Shown here: in pieces, positions 13,301 through 25,985 of the stretch | Layout: each line of letters starts with the position of its first letter | Numbering within the stretch: position 1 is the stretch's first letter | NCBI GenBank assembly: GCA_964035545.1 | Contig: OZ037769.1 | Coordinates: 15,592,633-15,656,632, forward strand | Direction of reading: 5' to 3' | Length of the DNA stretch: 64,000 bases | Origin: Bugula neritina | Taxonomy: Eukaryota; Animalia; Bryozoa | Translations under genes and position numbers: made by a program | The notes under the pieces: model-generated | Seen by the model: the letters and a program-made list of their open reading frames with translations, nothing else | The model's database searches: none | Told to the model about the DNA's origin: nothing

Positions 13301-16300
13301 TGTAACTTGTTCATCATTTCAAGCTTTCATTATGCTTGAGCCGTACAGAATACACAATGTGTCATGGGTTTAAATATTGTCTTCCAGAAGATAGAATTTC
13401 ATAGCAGCAGTACCGAAGAAAGACTTTTGAATCTGATCTACTGCTGCTATGCCTTTCAGTTTCTGGTCTTTTCTATATGTATTATATCGAGTCTTATACA
13501 TGTATATGCAGGTACCATATCGAGGACACATCCTAGTTTAATTTTCATGCCGACAGTCTTGAAGTTTTCATACTTTTACACATTTAAAAATTGATTGACC
13601 CTCTCTTAATATGCAGCTTTTCTAAATCAGAGCGCTGAATCTACTTAGATATTGTTTAGTTACAACTGGTTGCTTATGTCAGCATGTGACCAATAGCAGA
13701 AGAGATAGAGGCAAATGGCAGCCATTAAGTGTGGTTAATATTTTACTTTCTTCCCTTAGTTGTCTGGTCATAACAGTTTTTTACAAAGTGATCTCATATT
13801 TATTAAATCAACTGGCTCCAGTTACAAGAATAACACCAGCATTTAGTTTCAGCATATAGTTAGTCAAACATAAAACAGCCAGAAATTTGGAAAGCTAGTA
13901 AATTCAGGTCAATGTTTATTTTTACAAACAATACTGTGACGTAACACACGTATTCTACAGGAAATAAGTGTACACTAGCTATTTATGTTTGTAAAAGATA
14001 AGATTAAACTGACAATCAATTCATTCCACAAAAAGCCCCTCTACAAACTCGATTATGAGGATTGAGAACTCTGTAGATGACGTCATGGCTGGTATCATCT
14101 GAACATCTCAAAACCTCCAGAGGCCATGTTTCTCTTCTACAGTTCCTTACTGTCACACCATAAGCGTTGATAGTAGCTTTAACACCAACAGCTGTGGGCG
14201 CCATGCCATCTGTCCAAAGTGGTAGTTGTGTTCCGCAACTTTTAGGTTTAGGACAGGAGTTGAGCATTCTGTTTCCAGCAGCACCAGTAAACCTGAACCA
14301 GCTGGTGTCTTGGTTGAGGTCACATGCATATCCATTCAGAGAGTTGGCACCACCTGCTCTGAAGTTGCTTCCATTATGCTCCATTCTCCAGGATTCGGTG
14401 AAGTTTATTGCAGTCAGGCATTCAGCTGGTTGGGGTGGTTTGATTGGTGTTGTGGTTGGTGTAGCCGTTGTGGCTGGTGTAGTGGTTGTGGTTGGTGTAG
14501 TGGTTGTAGTTAGTGTGGCCGTTGTGGTTGGTGTAGTTGTTGTAGGTGGTGTAGTTGTGACGTTGAGTACTTTGGTTGTTGTCTTTGAACCAATACGTCT
14601 GCAACTGATGAGATCTGCATACATCTGAGAGTATACAATCCTATCTGCATTCAGTTCATCTTCTGAGCTCAGCTGACGAGTATTTCTCTGATAGTGACTG
14701 TACATCGGACATTCGACAGCCAAAATATTTCTTAATACTTCAATCTTTAGCTTGTAGATACTCAGGTCCAACTCGTTAGAATCAGAAATAACTGCGGCAT
14801 AGCTTAGAGCTGCGATGGAAAGTAATGCGAAGAATAACAAGGCTCTCATGCTATAATCTGTACTAAAATGTGGTACTTTCAATCTACAGCCTGACTTACA
14901 GAAGTAAAGATAGTAGAGGAGATGTCTTTATATGTCCTTCACATCTGCTTGCTCCCAGATCCTATTACTATACATACTATAATATTATTCGTACCATATA
15001 GCATCATAAGATAGTAACATTGTTATATAAAAACGATCGTGATATGAAATTATAATTTTAGTTAGCTCAAGTAAACCTTGCACTTGCGTGTTTAAAATTG
15101 CGGCTGATTTCAGTAAGGTATATTTTAGATCAGAAGTTTTCTCAAAATGAAATGACAACTCCAATAAATCCTGTGACAGAAAGGCAAATACCAACAAAGC
15201 CCATGATGACGAAGATGTATATTATAGCATGTGGCATAGGAGCGGCTGGAGTAGTGTTGATAGCTATTATCATCTTGCTGGTGTGTAAACTTACCAGGAA
15301 ATCCTATAACTGGTGAGCGGATAACTCTCAAAGGTGTGACAACTCCATTACCTTGTCTCAAAGTGAGAAAACAGAGACATGTTTGCTGTTTGGTTTTAGT
15401 AAATCCTCTCAGACAAGAAGCAGGGAGTCCGACTGTGATGGCATCGATGTGAATATGAATGTTGCCTGTCACGCATCGGCCCAGGAGTTACAGCAAATAC
15501 TTTCCAGTTCAGGTGCGTAGTGAAGGTTTAAATAAACCTGTAGTATTCTAATATTGTGTAAGTCATTGAGGGATGGCTCTTTGAAAATCTTTGAAAATAA
15601 ATGGCTTTTTGAGGTAATGTTTATTTACTTGAGCAAATTGAAAGATGAACCTTCACTATTACAATACACTATTACTAATATGTATAACTATTGCTTTTTT
15701 TGTGTAACTATAATAGAACCATTAATTTTGTATTGACTTTGTAACTCCATTTACTAGCTGAATGTCTATAGTTACTAATTCACACTGATAGCGAGGTTAT
15801 ATATGCAGTAATGGAGAACTTGAGAAAAGCCTGTGTTCTAGATTAAAAGTGTAGCACAAGAAATTATGTTCCAGCAAGAATTTTGACCTTCGCCCCAAAC
15901 CAAAATTTGATAATGAAATTAAAGAGCTCAGGCTATCTCAATTTCTTCACTACTGCTCCTAAATGCTGATAGCTGTCATGCTTGCGTAGATGGTCAGATC
16001 CCAAATAGCCTGATCATTATACTAATAACCTAGTTATTATATTATTCCTATTGCTATCATATAACCAGTCATATATGTGCCATATGCAATATCTATATGA
16101 TCTAAGAGCTGCATGTAGGTATATAAATAACCTTTAAATTGAAGTACACTTTACAACCTGCTATATATTGTGACTGGGGCTACCTTTTTCCTGGTACAAA
16201 TGACAAAGGGAAACTTCCCTGTTTCTCCCACATACATGACGAATACCAAGTACAAAATACAAAACATGTGGGTATGAGTAAGGAGTGTTATCTGTTGGCA

Positions 16301-17067
16301 CATGGCGTTGGCACACAGTTACAGCTTTGTTTGGGCACACCTGGGATTTAGTCACTATTAGCAACTTTAGGAGCTGTTGCACCTTGCCATGTAGACTGAG
16401 ACTTGGGAATGAGAATGAAAATAGACTAACACTAAATAAGTCTGATGCCCTTCAGGAAGTTGAACAAAAGAAAACAGTGTGAATTGGATTTCTTAAAACC
16501 TATTATTTGAATTTTAGAAGTAATGTAATTATGATTGTATGATTTAGGGTATTCTATCTCCACCCACTACCACACTCTTGAAAACCCTTTGAGTAACAGA
16601 GGTGAGAAATTACCTCTCTGCCAATGTAGCCTTAAACTAATGACAGACAGCACTAGCGGTAGTGGTGCAGACGTGAGTGAATACAGAGTTGCAGACGACA
16701 CCCACTATAGAGTTGCAGAGTGTAAAAACTGTAAAGAGACAAGAAGCACATTGAGCAAGAAAACCGTGCCACCTTGTAACAACGCTAATGTTCTAATGCC
16801 TTCGAGGTTAGTAAAAAGAAGCTCTTGATGTGAGCATATGCACTTGGAACTTCCTAAGATATGGCTGTTTCCATAAAATAACTTGAGTTATCCCGCCTTG
16901 TAAACAAATCACCTTATATAGCAAGCAAACTGTTGCAATAGAAACGAGGGCATATATTTTGTAGACCGGGAGACAACTTCTACATGGCTGTCCTGCTGGA
17001 CAGCGTCCAACAACCCGAGGAACGAAAGAGAAACACCGACTCAGGTTTATATGAAATCTGCAGTTGA
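10267..17067 (+). CDS. Receptor 1: type I membrane protein with two divergent CUB-like domains, stalk, TM and Tyr-motif tail (~554 aa); exons 10267-10333, 10833-11222, 12231-12638, 13101-13241, 15129-15312, 15400-15512, 16548-16806, 16965-17067
   Basis: Signal peptide MAGYRLILLSFVLFVQSIDG. CUB-like motifs SGVIYSPRYLVNY..C..FTIHY and SGYIAS..TIEFIYYELE..C..YKGFLFRY, each on a phase 1-1 exon. TM YIIACGIGAAGVVLIAIIILLVC. Tail YHTL, YRVA x2, YMAV, YEIC. All introns GT-AG; exons sum to 1665 nt with an open frame. An upstream in-frame ATG exists at 10222. Confidence 0.8.
11311..11620. repeat. Intronic minisatellite, 18-bp unit (AGTTAMAGTAGTTTGTAT)
   Basis: Visible tandem array; source of the V/K/C-rich spurious ORF. 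Confidence 0.9.
12851..12998. repeat. Intronic minisatellite, ~44-bp unit (ACATGTGCTGCAGTATATATATAACATATATGCTGCAGTGTGT)
   Basis: About 3.5 tandem copies. Confidence 0.8.
14016..14849 (-). CDS. Secreted Thr-rich protein with C-terminal UMOD/GP2/OIT3-like D8C(D10C) domain, copy 1 (277 aa), nested antisense in intron 4 of receptor 1
   Basis: Single-exon ORF from [19 protein letters not shown]-terminal [19 protein letters not shown]...CGT..PLW..G...V..C....IY.....C...FC resembles the uromodulin/GP2 D8C consensus. TATAAA ~80 nt upstream (14927-14932); AATAAA downstream (13915-13920). Confidence 0.9.
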   Translation of the reverse strand: MRALLFFALLSIAALSYAAVISDSNELDLSIYKLKIEVLRNILAVECPMYSHYQRNTRQLSSEDELNADRIVYSQMYADLISCRRIGSKTTTKVLNVTTTPPTTTTPTTTATLTTTTTPTTTTTPATTATPTTTPIKPPQPAECLTAINFTESWRMEHNGSNFRAGGANSLNGYACDLNQDTSWFRFTGAAGNRMLNSCPKPKSCGTQLPLWTDGMAPTAVGVKATINAYGVTVRNCRRETWPLEVLRCSDDTSHDVIYRVLNPHNRVCRGAFCGMN

Positions 17068-18159
17068 AAACTGGAGCAGAAATCTACAGCAACCTGTAAA
17101 CTCTCTAAACGAAATCTGCAGGAAAACAATCCAGTATAATGCCGCAGCTGAAACCATTGACTGAGGACAAAAGGAGTAACTGTAATTATGGGCTGGGAAT
17201 AGGAAGTATATAGTATGATGTCACAGGATATGACATCAACATCAGAGTTGTTGGCCCAGTTAGAGATTAGGTTGTGAAGATAACTCCTTATTGTGGAAAT
17301 GATCTGCTAGCCCAAATTATACAATGATTATTGTGTATTAGTTTATTGATGGTATGCATATGATTATACGTATGACAGGCACATTTATAGTATATTATAT
17401 ATTGCTCTCTATAAGCTCATGCTTCAATTTGACTAAAGGTTGTTATTGTTTAATATTTGCTGTTATTGAACATTGCTCACTCAAACGTTGACAGGTTAGC
17501 AACGTATGTGAATCACAGATACTGTATTCTCCAAGCTTGGTGTTCGTGTATTTTTTTGTCCATTTCATAGAGTTTGGAATTGAATGAAACTTGATTAAAG
17601 TTGATACTTCGAATTTTAAATGTTATACTTGATTACTGCAACTGTTTGGTTTTATGAAGTTTCAAGTATTTTGTATGTATATTTTAATAATGCAAAAGCT
17701 TTTCCCATAATATTATGTTTGATTCTACTTTATAACACTGAAAACTAAGTAGTAGCAGTTTTCGAAATTTACAAGTCATACAGTGATTGCACATTGTTCA
17801 GCTACAAAAGGCAGCATGCTGCCTATGATATTTTGGGTTAGCGGACTAGGATATTATTCTTATGACAAATAGCAGACATCATGTGTTGTAGCCTTTTTAG
17901 GCAATGGTTTCATATCAAATCGATAAGTTTTAGCTACAAGATTGCAGCTAAACTCATTGCAATGCTTCACTTTAGTATCAACTGCTGTTAATATGTAATT
18001 GCAAAGGTCAAAGTCATGGTCAAAGTGGCACATTAATTAAACATCTACTTGGTAAGTTATCAAATGCCAATCACAGTTTATTTTCAAAAAATGATATTGA
18101 TTACATAACACATTTCACTGTGTATTTATGTAGTTGCTGTTATACATAAAATCACTCAG

Positions 18160-19218
18160 TTAATTCATACCACAAAAAGCTCCTTGACAAGGTTTATTAT
18201 ATGGATTGAGAACTCTGTAGATGACGTCATAGTTGGTATCATCTGAGCATTTCAACACTTCAAGTGGCCATGTTTCGGCCTTACATCCACTACTACTTAC
18301 AGCATAAGCCTTAATATTAGTTTTTACACCAACAGTTAAAGGCATGATGCCATCTGTCCAAAGTGGTAGAGCTGTTCCACAACTTTGAAATTTAGGACAG
18401 GAGTTGAGCATTCTGTTTCCAGCAGCACCAGTAAACCTGAACCAGCTGGTGTCTTGGTGGAGGTCACATGCATATCCATCTAGAGAGTTATTACCACCTG
18501 CTTTGTAGTTGTTTCCATTGTGTTCCATTCTCCAGGATTCTGTGAAGTTCATTGCAGTCAGACATTCAGCTGGTTGGGGTGGTTTGATTGGTGTTGTAGT
18601 TGGTGTAGTGGTTGTGGTTGGTATAGTAGTTGTAGTTGTTGTGGTTTGTGGAGCGGTTGTACTTGTTGTGGTGGTTGTGGTTGGTGTGGTGGTTGTAGTT
18701 GGTGTGGTGGTTGTAGTTGGTGTGGTGGTTGTGGTTGTTGTGGCTGGTGTGGTGGTTGTGGTTGTTGTGGCTGGTGTGGTGGTTGTGGTTGCTGTGGCAG
18801 TTGTGGTTTGTGTAGCGGTTGCAGTTGTTGTGGCGGTTGTGGTTGGTGTAGTGGTTGTAGTTGGTGTGGTGGTAGTGGTTGTTGTGGTTGGTGTAGTAGT
18901 TGTAGTGGTTGTAGTTGGTGTAGTGGTGATGTTGAACGCGTTGGTTGTTGTTTTTAATTTAAGACGTCTGCAGCTGATGAGATCAGCATACATCTGAGAA
19001 TATACAATCCTATCTGCTTTCAGTTCATCTTCTGAGTTCAGCTGACGAGTATTTCTCTGATAGTGACTGTGCATCGGACATTCGGCAGCCAAAATATTTC
19101 TTAGTACTTCAATTTTTAGCTTGTAGATACTCAGGTCCAACTCGTTAGAATCAGAAATAACTGCGGCATAGCTTAGAGCTGCGATGGAAAGTAATGCGAA
19201 GAATAACAAGGTTCTCAT
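18160..19218 (-). CDS. Secreted D8C-domain mucin-like protein, copy 2 (352 aa, longest Thr tract)
   Basis: Intact ORF, close paralog of copy 1, with a ~120 aa Thr/Pro tract. Confidence 0.9.
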   Translation of the reverse strand: MRTLLFFALLSIAALSYAAVISDSNELDLSIYKLKIEVLRNILAAECPMHSHYQRNTRQLNSEDELKADRIVYSQMYADLISCRRLKLKTTTNAFNITTTPTTTTTTTTPTTTTTTTTPTTTTTPTTTATTTATATQTTTATATTTTTPATTTTTTTPATTTTTTTPTTTTTPTTTTTPTTTTTTSTTAPQTTTTTTTIPTTTTTPTTTPIKPPQPAECLTAMNFTESWRMEHNGNNYKAGGNNSLDGYACDLHQDTSWFRFTGAAGNRMLNSCPKFQSCGTALPLWTDGIMPLTVGVKTNIKAYAVSSSGCKAETWPLEVLKCSDDTNYDVIYRVLNPYNKPCQGAFCGMN

Positions 19219-19786
19219 GCTAGCTGTACTAAAATGTGGTACTTTCTCTCTACAGTCTGACTTACAGAAACTATAAACTCAAAGATTGCGGAGATGTATT
19301 TATGTGTCCTTCACATATGCTAGTTCCCAGCTCCTATTACTATACATATACTATATTATTATCTATAACAAAGCACAAACTATAGTAATACTACTATTAT
19401 AAAAAAAACTCGCACAAGTTAATAGTCACCATCCCTGTGAGAAAGCCCCTGGTGGAAAGAGTTTTTTTATTAAATCGGGTTAAGGATTTATTCGGATGAG
19501 ACACAGAAGCAATTATGACTGGATGCTCTCCCCAACATCACCAATGGCTTTTGTCGGCTCGAACCCATGACTTACACTTGGAGAGTAATACTACTGTTAT
19601 AATATAGAAGTAATTTATGGTAACAGTTCCAATGACGTTGATAAAATTCTGTAGGTTTTGTTGCCATGTATGGACCAACGCTTGTGCTATGTGTTTTCAG
19701 GGATAATAAACACTAAAGAATGGGCGTGGCATTAATTTTATCAACCCTATAGAGGTTAATGCATGTCCACGTATAAGTTAAAGTTA

Positions 19787-20116
19787 GCCTAGGGCCACAC
19801 AGTGCGAAAATTGAAATCACAAGTAGCAAAGGTGTCCACTGTGTGCGTTGAGAAAACATTCGCACTTGTCGCTCTGCATTTTCAACGCAAGTGCGAATCG
19901 TCTCTGTCGTCGTCACTTAATTGGCTGGTAGTTATTAAGCGAGCCCAATTGCTTTATTTTAGTGCTAAATTCCAGTAAATTGCGTTTTATTGAAAGCGAG
20001 TGCGATTTAAAAATGAAAGCTTTATTTATCACGCATCACTGATGCTACAGTGGACACCTTTGCTACTTGTGATTTCAATTTTCGCATGCGAAAATACGCA
20101 TCGTGTGGTCCTAGGC
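19787..20116. mobile_element. MITE, PIF/Harbinger (Tourist)-like, 330 bp
   Basis: TIRs GCCTAGGGCCACAC...GTGTGGTCCTAGGC, ~45-bp subterminal inverted repeats, TTA target-site duplication. The paralogous repeat unit shows the empty site AAGTTAACGCC at ~24646-24656. Confidence 0.9.
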
Positions 20117-21490
20117 TTAACGCCAGAAGTAGCTGTAACTATATAGATTGGTTTCGTGTGTTAAATTTTTGTTTTGTAAAAATTCGGCTTGAGTAGGTAA
20201 AAGCTACTAAGCGTGATAACTTGTATACGAGAGTAGCTTTAAAGCCAGTGTTATATATTTCAAAAGAATATTTATGTTAAGAAAATGTGGTGACTTGATA
20301 AATTATTTATTTTTCCATAAATTAAATTGGTTCAATCGTACAAAAGACTGAACAATATTGCGTGCTTTCCATCTACTATTATATATACATAAATGCATTA
20401 TATGCAGTTATTTTCGTTATTTACCTGCACAACTTATTCGTTATTTACCTGCACAACTTATTCGCTATATTAGTAGGCTATTTTGTAATACATATTTCAG
20501 CACAATTATTTGTCCCTTTTTGCATTTATATATCTTTCAAAGTTTTGCATCAAGTTAAAAGAATTTACTACTATAATAAAATATTACAATGATATGGTGT
20601 AGTCATTATTTCAATTATATACTATATAACTGCCTGTTAGGTGTCTAATATTAATATTGTGGTGGAAAAGGTTCTTCCAAATAAATTATATAATATACCT
20701 GTGTCCAAGCATTGCTGACACTCTAGCAAAAGGGTTTCCTGTTGCTGCGCTATCAGCCAACACTCCTTGATTAGCTTTGGCAGCAATATTTGTCACCATC
20801 ACTAGTATATTATGTTATTTGAAATGGTACAAAATGATGATTGCTTTCTTATAGGTTTTTACTAGAAAGTATCATAGTATAGTAATAATATATAACTGTG
20901 TAAAAAGCCAAGTTTTATAAAGGCTGGTATAGAATGTTAAAAAAATCATTTGTTTTAAGCGATGCTATATACGGGCCTGCTATAAACGTTATGGTACCTT
21001 CAAGGCTAATGCAATTATCTCTATTGACGTAAACATATGCTGCATCTTCAACTTCCCAAGATATGGCCTGTTTCCTTGAGGCTCTTTACGTCATTCTATG
21101 TGTAATCTCACCATGTGAAGTAACACACAGCCACTTATTGCAGGCCTAAGAGTTACTTTCATTATCTGGTGTTTGCATATTTTCCAAAAGCTTTACAATC
21201 TTGAAGATTTTCAACACAATATTTACCAAGTGACATAGATGGAGCACATTTATGGGACTTTTGCACACCTCAAGTAAAAATATATCATAAATTTTGAACG
21301 TCTGCAGGTTCCTAGTGAATACCTAGCAGGCTAACCAGTTGAATATATTGTGAAACAGGATCTTACATCAACATAATGAAGTTCCACTTTACAAACAAAA
21401 TTTATTCCTGGCTTCAAGCGTTCTTCTACTGTGATAAACCAAACTTTATAGTTGAACCAGTTTTTATGTAAAATCAAATTCTAATGGAAC

Positions 21491-21820
21491 TGTAGCATTG
21501 AATTAACCCAGCAGCTCCTGTGGTGTAATTGGTTAGTGCGCTTGCTTGCTTGCAAGCTGGAGGTCTGCGGTTCGAACCCGGTGAGGGCAATTATTTTTTA
21601 AACTAATTCAGCCTTTAGTGAAGTGTGGTAGTACTCCGAGGGAGTTGAGTGGCCAGGGGAGCCTGAATACTGAAGGAGTAGTAGATAAGCCAGTGGAGTT
21701 CAGAGAACTGGGTGGGATGTAGCGTTGGGTTTACTCAGTAGCCTCCGTGGTGTAATGGTAGCACACTTGCTTGCAAGCCAGAGGACTCAGGTTCAATTCC
21801 TGGTGGGGGAAATTATTTTT
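21491..21820 (+). mobile_element. Dimeric tRNA-derived (SINE-like) element, copy 1: tRNA-like units 21514-21589 and 21741-21811
   Basis: A-box TGGTGTAAT(T)GG, B-box GGTTCRAWYCC, partial acceptor stem and a following T-run in each unit; the anticodon arm is defective. Confidence 0.7.
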
Positions 21821-21984
21821 CAGGAACTACCAGAAGCAATTCTCAGTTTGACTAAATTTTACTGGTAAACAATAGAGCATAATATATATGCACAGCTCTC
21901 ACACTAGTCAGCGGGAATGATATGCACCTATAATATCATTATCTATTAGTTTAATGTTATGTATATTGTAGACCAGGAAATGAT

Positions 21985-22119
21985 TTAACATTTTATTTTT
22001 TGGCACAATTCCATCTTTAGCTTGTAGATACTCAGGTCAAACTCGTTAGAATTAGAAATAACTGCGGCATAGCTTAGTGCTGCGATGGAAAGTAATGTGA
22101 AGAATAACAAGGTTCTCAT
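21985..22119 (-). pseudogene. Truncated copy or mini-gene of the secreted family (44 aa: signal peptide + [26 protein letters not shown])
   Basis: Homology to the first ~35 codons of the full genes, then a novel tail and TAA. Upstream region with TATAAA is retained. Confidence 0.75.
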
Positions 22120-23278
22120 GCTATAGGCGGTACTAAAATGTGCAGTACTTTCATTCTACAGTTTGACTTACAGAAGTAAAGATAGTAGAGGGGATGTTTT
22201 TTATATGACCTTCACTTCTGCTAGCTCCCAGCTCCTATTACTACGCATGATGCAATGCCATTTCTATAATTGTAATAATTCTTTTGTTTATATATAAATA
22301 TTGTATCATGGCATTTATAATGATCAAACAGCATCTGTTCTCAAAACTGCTCCAGTATTTTTATTATATTGATCTTAACAGTCAATGTCAATGGGAATAA
22401 GTTTTATATGATACTAGAAACTATACACAGTATTTTATTAACTCAATAATGCCCATCAGTTAATCATGGTTACGTGATGGTATGGCGTCAGGATATGACA
22501 TCAGCATCAGAGTTGATGGTCGAGTTTAAAATTGGATTGCTGAGATAACTCCTTAAGAGATACTTGCTCAACCTATACAATAATATGTTTATTGTGTATT
22601 AGTTTAATAATGGTATGCATATGATTATACATATAACAGGCACACAGGTATGGTATATCATATTATATTGTTTTCTATAAATTCACCTTCTAATTTGACT
22701 AAAGGTTGTTGTTATTGAACACTGCTTACTCAAACCTTGGAGCAATGTATGTGAACCACAGGTGCTATGACCTCAAAGTTTTATATTCTTATATTTTTTG
22801 CTTTTCATCAATTATTCAAAATTAAAAACTATTTGATTTAAATTTAATGATTTGAATTTGTAATGTACTTGGGTGAAGTAATTGCACGTTCTCCTGAAGT
22901 TTCAAGTATTTATCAAATGCCTATTCACTTTAGTGAGAGCATGTAAAAAATGATGCAATTGAAAGTTATATTTACGCACGCATGCAGGTTTGCACATGCA
23001 CGCACACTCTCTCTCCCACCCAGCTTATCTGTTCATAGTGAACTATAACTTTTGTACTGTAGTGAGTAGATTAAGCTATTAGATTGATTGTGACTGTAAG
23101 CTCATTTCTATGCTTCACTTTAGTATCAACTGCCAATATATAATTGTTCAAAGTGAGACATGAAATAGACAGCTATTTGGCTATCAAATGCAAATCACAG
23201 TTTATTTAGAAAACTTATATGATTACATTATGTATTTCACTGTGTATTTATGTTGTTGTTATACATAAAAATACTCAG

Positions 23279-24091
23279 TTAATTCATTCCACAAAAAGCT
23301 CCTTGACAAACGTGGTTATGAGGATTGAGAACTCTGTAGATGAGGTCATGGCTGGTATCTGAGCATCTCAACACTTCCATAGGCCAGACTTCAGATTTAC
23401 ATGCATCGACATTAGCACCATACCCATCAATATTAACTTTTACACCAACAGCTGTAGGCGCCATGCCATCTGTCCAAAGTGGTACATATGTTCCACAGCT
23501 TTTATGTTTAGGACAGGAGTTGAGCATTCTGTTTCCAGCAGCACCAGTAAACCTGAACCAGCTGGTGTCTTGGTTGAGGTCACATGCGTATCCATTCAGA
23601 GAGTTGGCACCACCTGCTTTGTAGTTGTTTCCATTGTGTTCCCTTCTCCAGGATTCTGTGAAGTTTGTTGCAGTCAAACATTCAGCTGGTTGGGGTGGTT
23701 TGGTTGGTGTTGTAGTTGGTGTAGCCATTGTGGTTGTTGTAGCAGTTGTAGTTGTTGTGACGGTTGTGGTTGGTATAGTGGTTGTAATTGGTATGGTGGT
23801 GATGTTGAACGCGTTGGTTGTTGTCTTTGAACCAAGACGTCTGCAGCTGATGAGATCTGCATACATTTGAGAATATACAATCCTATCTGCTTTCAGTTCA
23901 TCTTCTGAGTTCAGTTGACGAGTATTTCTCTGATAGTGACTGTACATCGGACATTCGGCAGCCAAAATATTCCTCAGCACTTCAATCTTTAGCTTGTAGA
24001 TACTCAGGTCCAACTCGTTAGAATCAGAAATAACTGCAGCATAGCTAAGTACTGCGATGGAAAGTAATGCTAAAAGTAGCAAAGCTCTCAT
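23279..24091 (-). CDS. Secreted D8C-domain mucin-like protein, copy 3 (270 aa)
   Basis: Intact paralogous ORF. Confidence 0.9.
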   Translation of the reverse strand: MRALLLLALLSIAVLSYAAVISDSNELDLSIYKLKIEVLRNILAAECPMYSHYQRNTRQLNSEDELKADRIVYSQMYADLISCRRLGSKTTTNAFNITTIPITTTIPTTTVTTTTTATTTTMATPTTTPTKPPQPAECLTATNFTESWRREHNGNNYKAGGANSLNGYACDLNQDTSWFRFTGAAGNRMLNSCPKHKSCGTYVPLWTDGMAPTAVGVKVNIDGYGANVDACKSEVWPMEVLRCSDTSHDLIYRVLNPHNHVCQGAFCGMN

Positions 24092-25985
24092 GCTATAGCT
24101 GTACTAAAATGAGGTGCTTTCTCTCTACAGTTTGAATTACAGAAACTATTAACTCAAAGATAGTAAAGGAGATGTCTTTATATGTCCTTCACATCTGCAA
24201 GTTCCCAGCTTCTATTACTACGCATACTATTTTGTTATTTGTACCAAAGCACAAACTAGTGCATGTTAAAAAAAAACTCACGCAAGTTTATAGTCGCTAT
24301 CCCTGTGAGAATCCCATGATGGAAAGGTTTTTTTATCAAATCAGGCTAAGGACTTATTCATATGTGACGCAGGAGCAATGATGACTGGATGCTCTCCCTA
24401 ACATCACTAATGGCCTTTGTCGGCTCGAACCCATGACTTAGAGAGTAATACTATACTGTTATAATATAGAAGTAATTCATGGTAACAGTTCCAATGACGC
24501 TGATAAAATTCTGTAGATTTTGTTGCCATGTATGGACCAATGCTTGTGCTATGTGTTTTCAGGCATATAAATAAACACTAAAGAATGGGCTGAGCATTTA
24601 TTTTATCGACTCTATAGAGGTTAATGCATGTCCACGTATAAGTTAAAGTTAACGCCAGAAGTAGCTGTAACTATAGATTGGTTTCGTGTGTTAAATTTTT
24701 GTTTTGTAAAATTTCGGCTTGAGTAGGTAAAAGCTACTAAGCGTGATAACTTGTATACGAGAGTAGCTTTAAAGCCAGTGTTATATTTCAAAAGAATATT
24801 TATGTTAAGAAAATGTGGTGACTTGATAAATTATTTATTTTTCCATAAATTAAATTGGTTCAATCGTACAAAAGACTGAACAATATTGCGTGCTTTCCAC
24901 CTACTATAAATAAAGGCATTATATGCAGTTATTTTCGTTATTTTCCTGCACAACTTATTCGCTATATTAGTAGGCTATTTTGTAATACATATTTCAGCAC
25001 AATTATTTGTCCCTTTTTGCATTTATATCTTTCAAAGTTTTGCATCAAGTTAAAAGAATTTACTACTATAATAAAATATTACAATGATATGGTGTAGTCA
25101 TTATTTCAATTATATATTATATAACTGTCTGTTGGGTGTCTAATATTAATATTGTGGTGGAAAAGGTTCTTCCAAATAAATTATATAATATACCTGTGTC
25201 CAAGCATTGCTGACACTCTAGCAAAAGGGTTTCCTGTTGCTGCGCTATCAGCCAACACTCCTTGATTAGCTTTGGCAGCAATATTTGTCACCATCACTAG
25301 TATATTATGTTATTTGAAATGGTACAAAATGATGATTGCTTTCTTATAGGTTTTTACTAGAAAGTATCATAGTATAGTAATAATATATAACTGTGTAAAA
25401 AGCCAAGTTTTATAAAGGCTGGTATAGAATGTTAAAAAAATCATTTGTTTTAAGCGATGCTATATACGGGCCTGCTATAAACGTTATGGTACCTTCAAGG
25501 CTAATGCAATTATCTCTATTGACGTAAACATATGCTGCATCTTCAACTTCCCAAGATATGGCCTGTTTCCTTGAGGCTCTTTACGTCATTCTATGTGTAA
25601 TCTCACCATGTGAAGTAACACACAGCCACTTATTGCAGGCCTAAGAGTTACTTTCATTATCTGGTGTTTGCATATTTTCCAAAAGCTTTACAATCTTGAA
25701 GATTTTCAACACAATATTTATCAAGTGACATAGATGGAGCACATTTATGGGACTTTTGCAAACCTCAAGTAAAAATATATCATAAATTTTGAACGTCTGC
25801 AGGTTCCTAGTGAATACCTAGCAGGCTAACCAGTTGAATATATTGTGAAACAGGATCTTACATCAACATAATGAAGTTCCACTTTACAAACAAAATTTAT
25901 TCCTGGCTTCAAGCGTTCTTCTACTGTGATAAACCAAACTTTATAGTTGAACCAGTTTTTATGTAAAATCAAATTCTAATGGAAC

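Noticed and set aside
14850-14882. N-terminal extension MKVPHFSTDYS of ORF 14016..14882
   Set aside because: It starts at TTG; the paralogs and signal peptide indicate the ATG at 14849.
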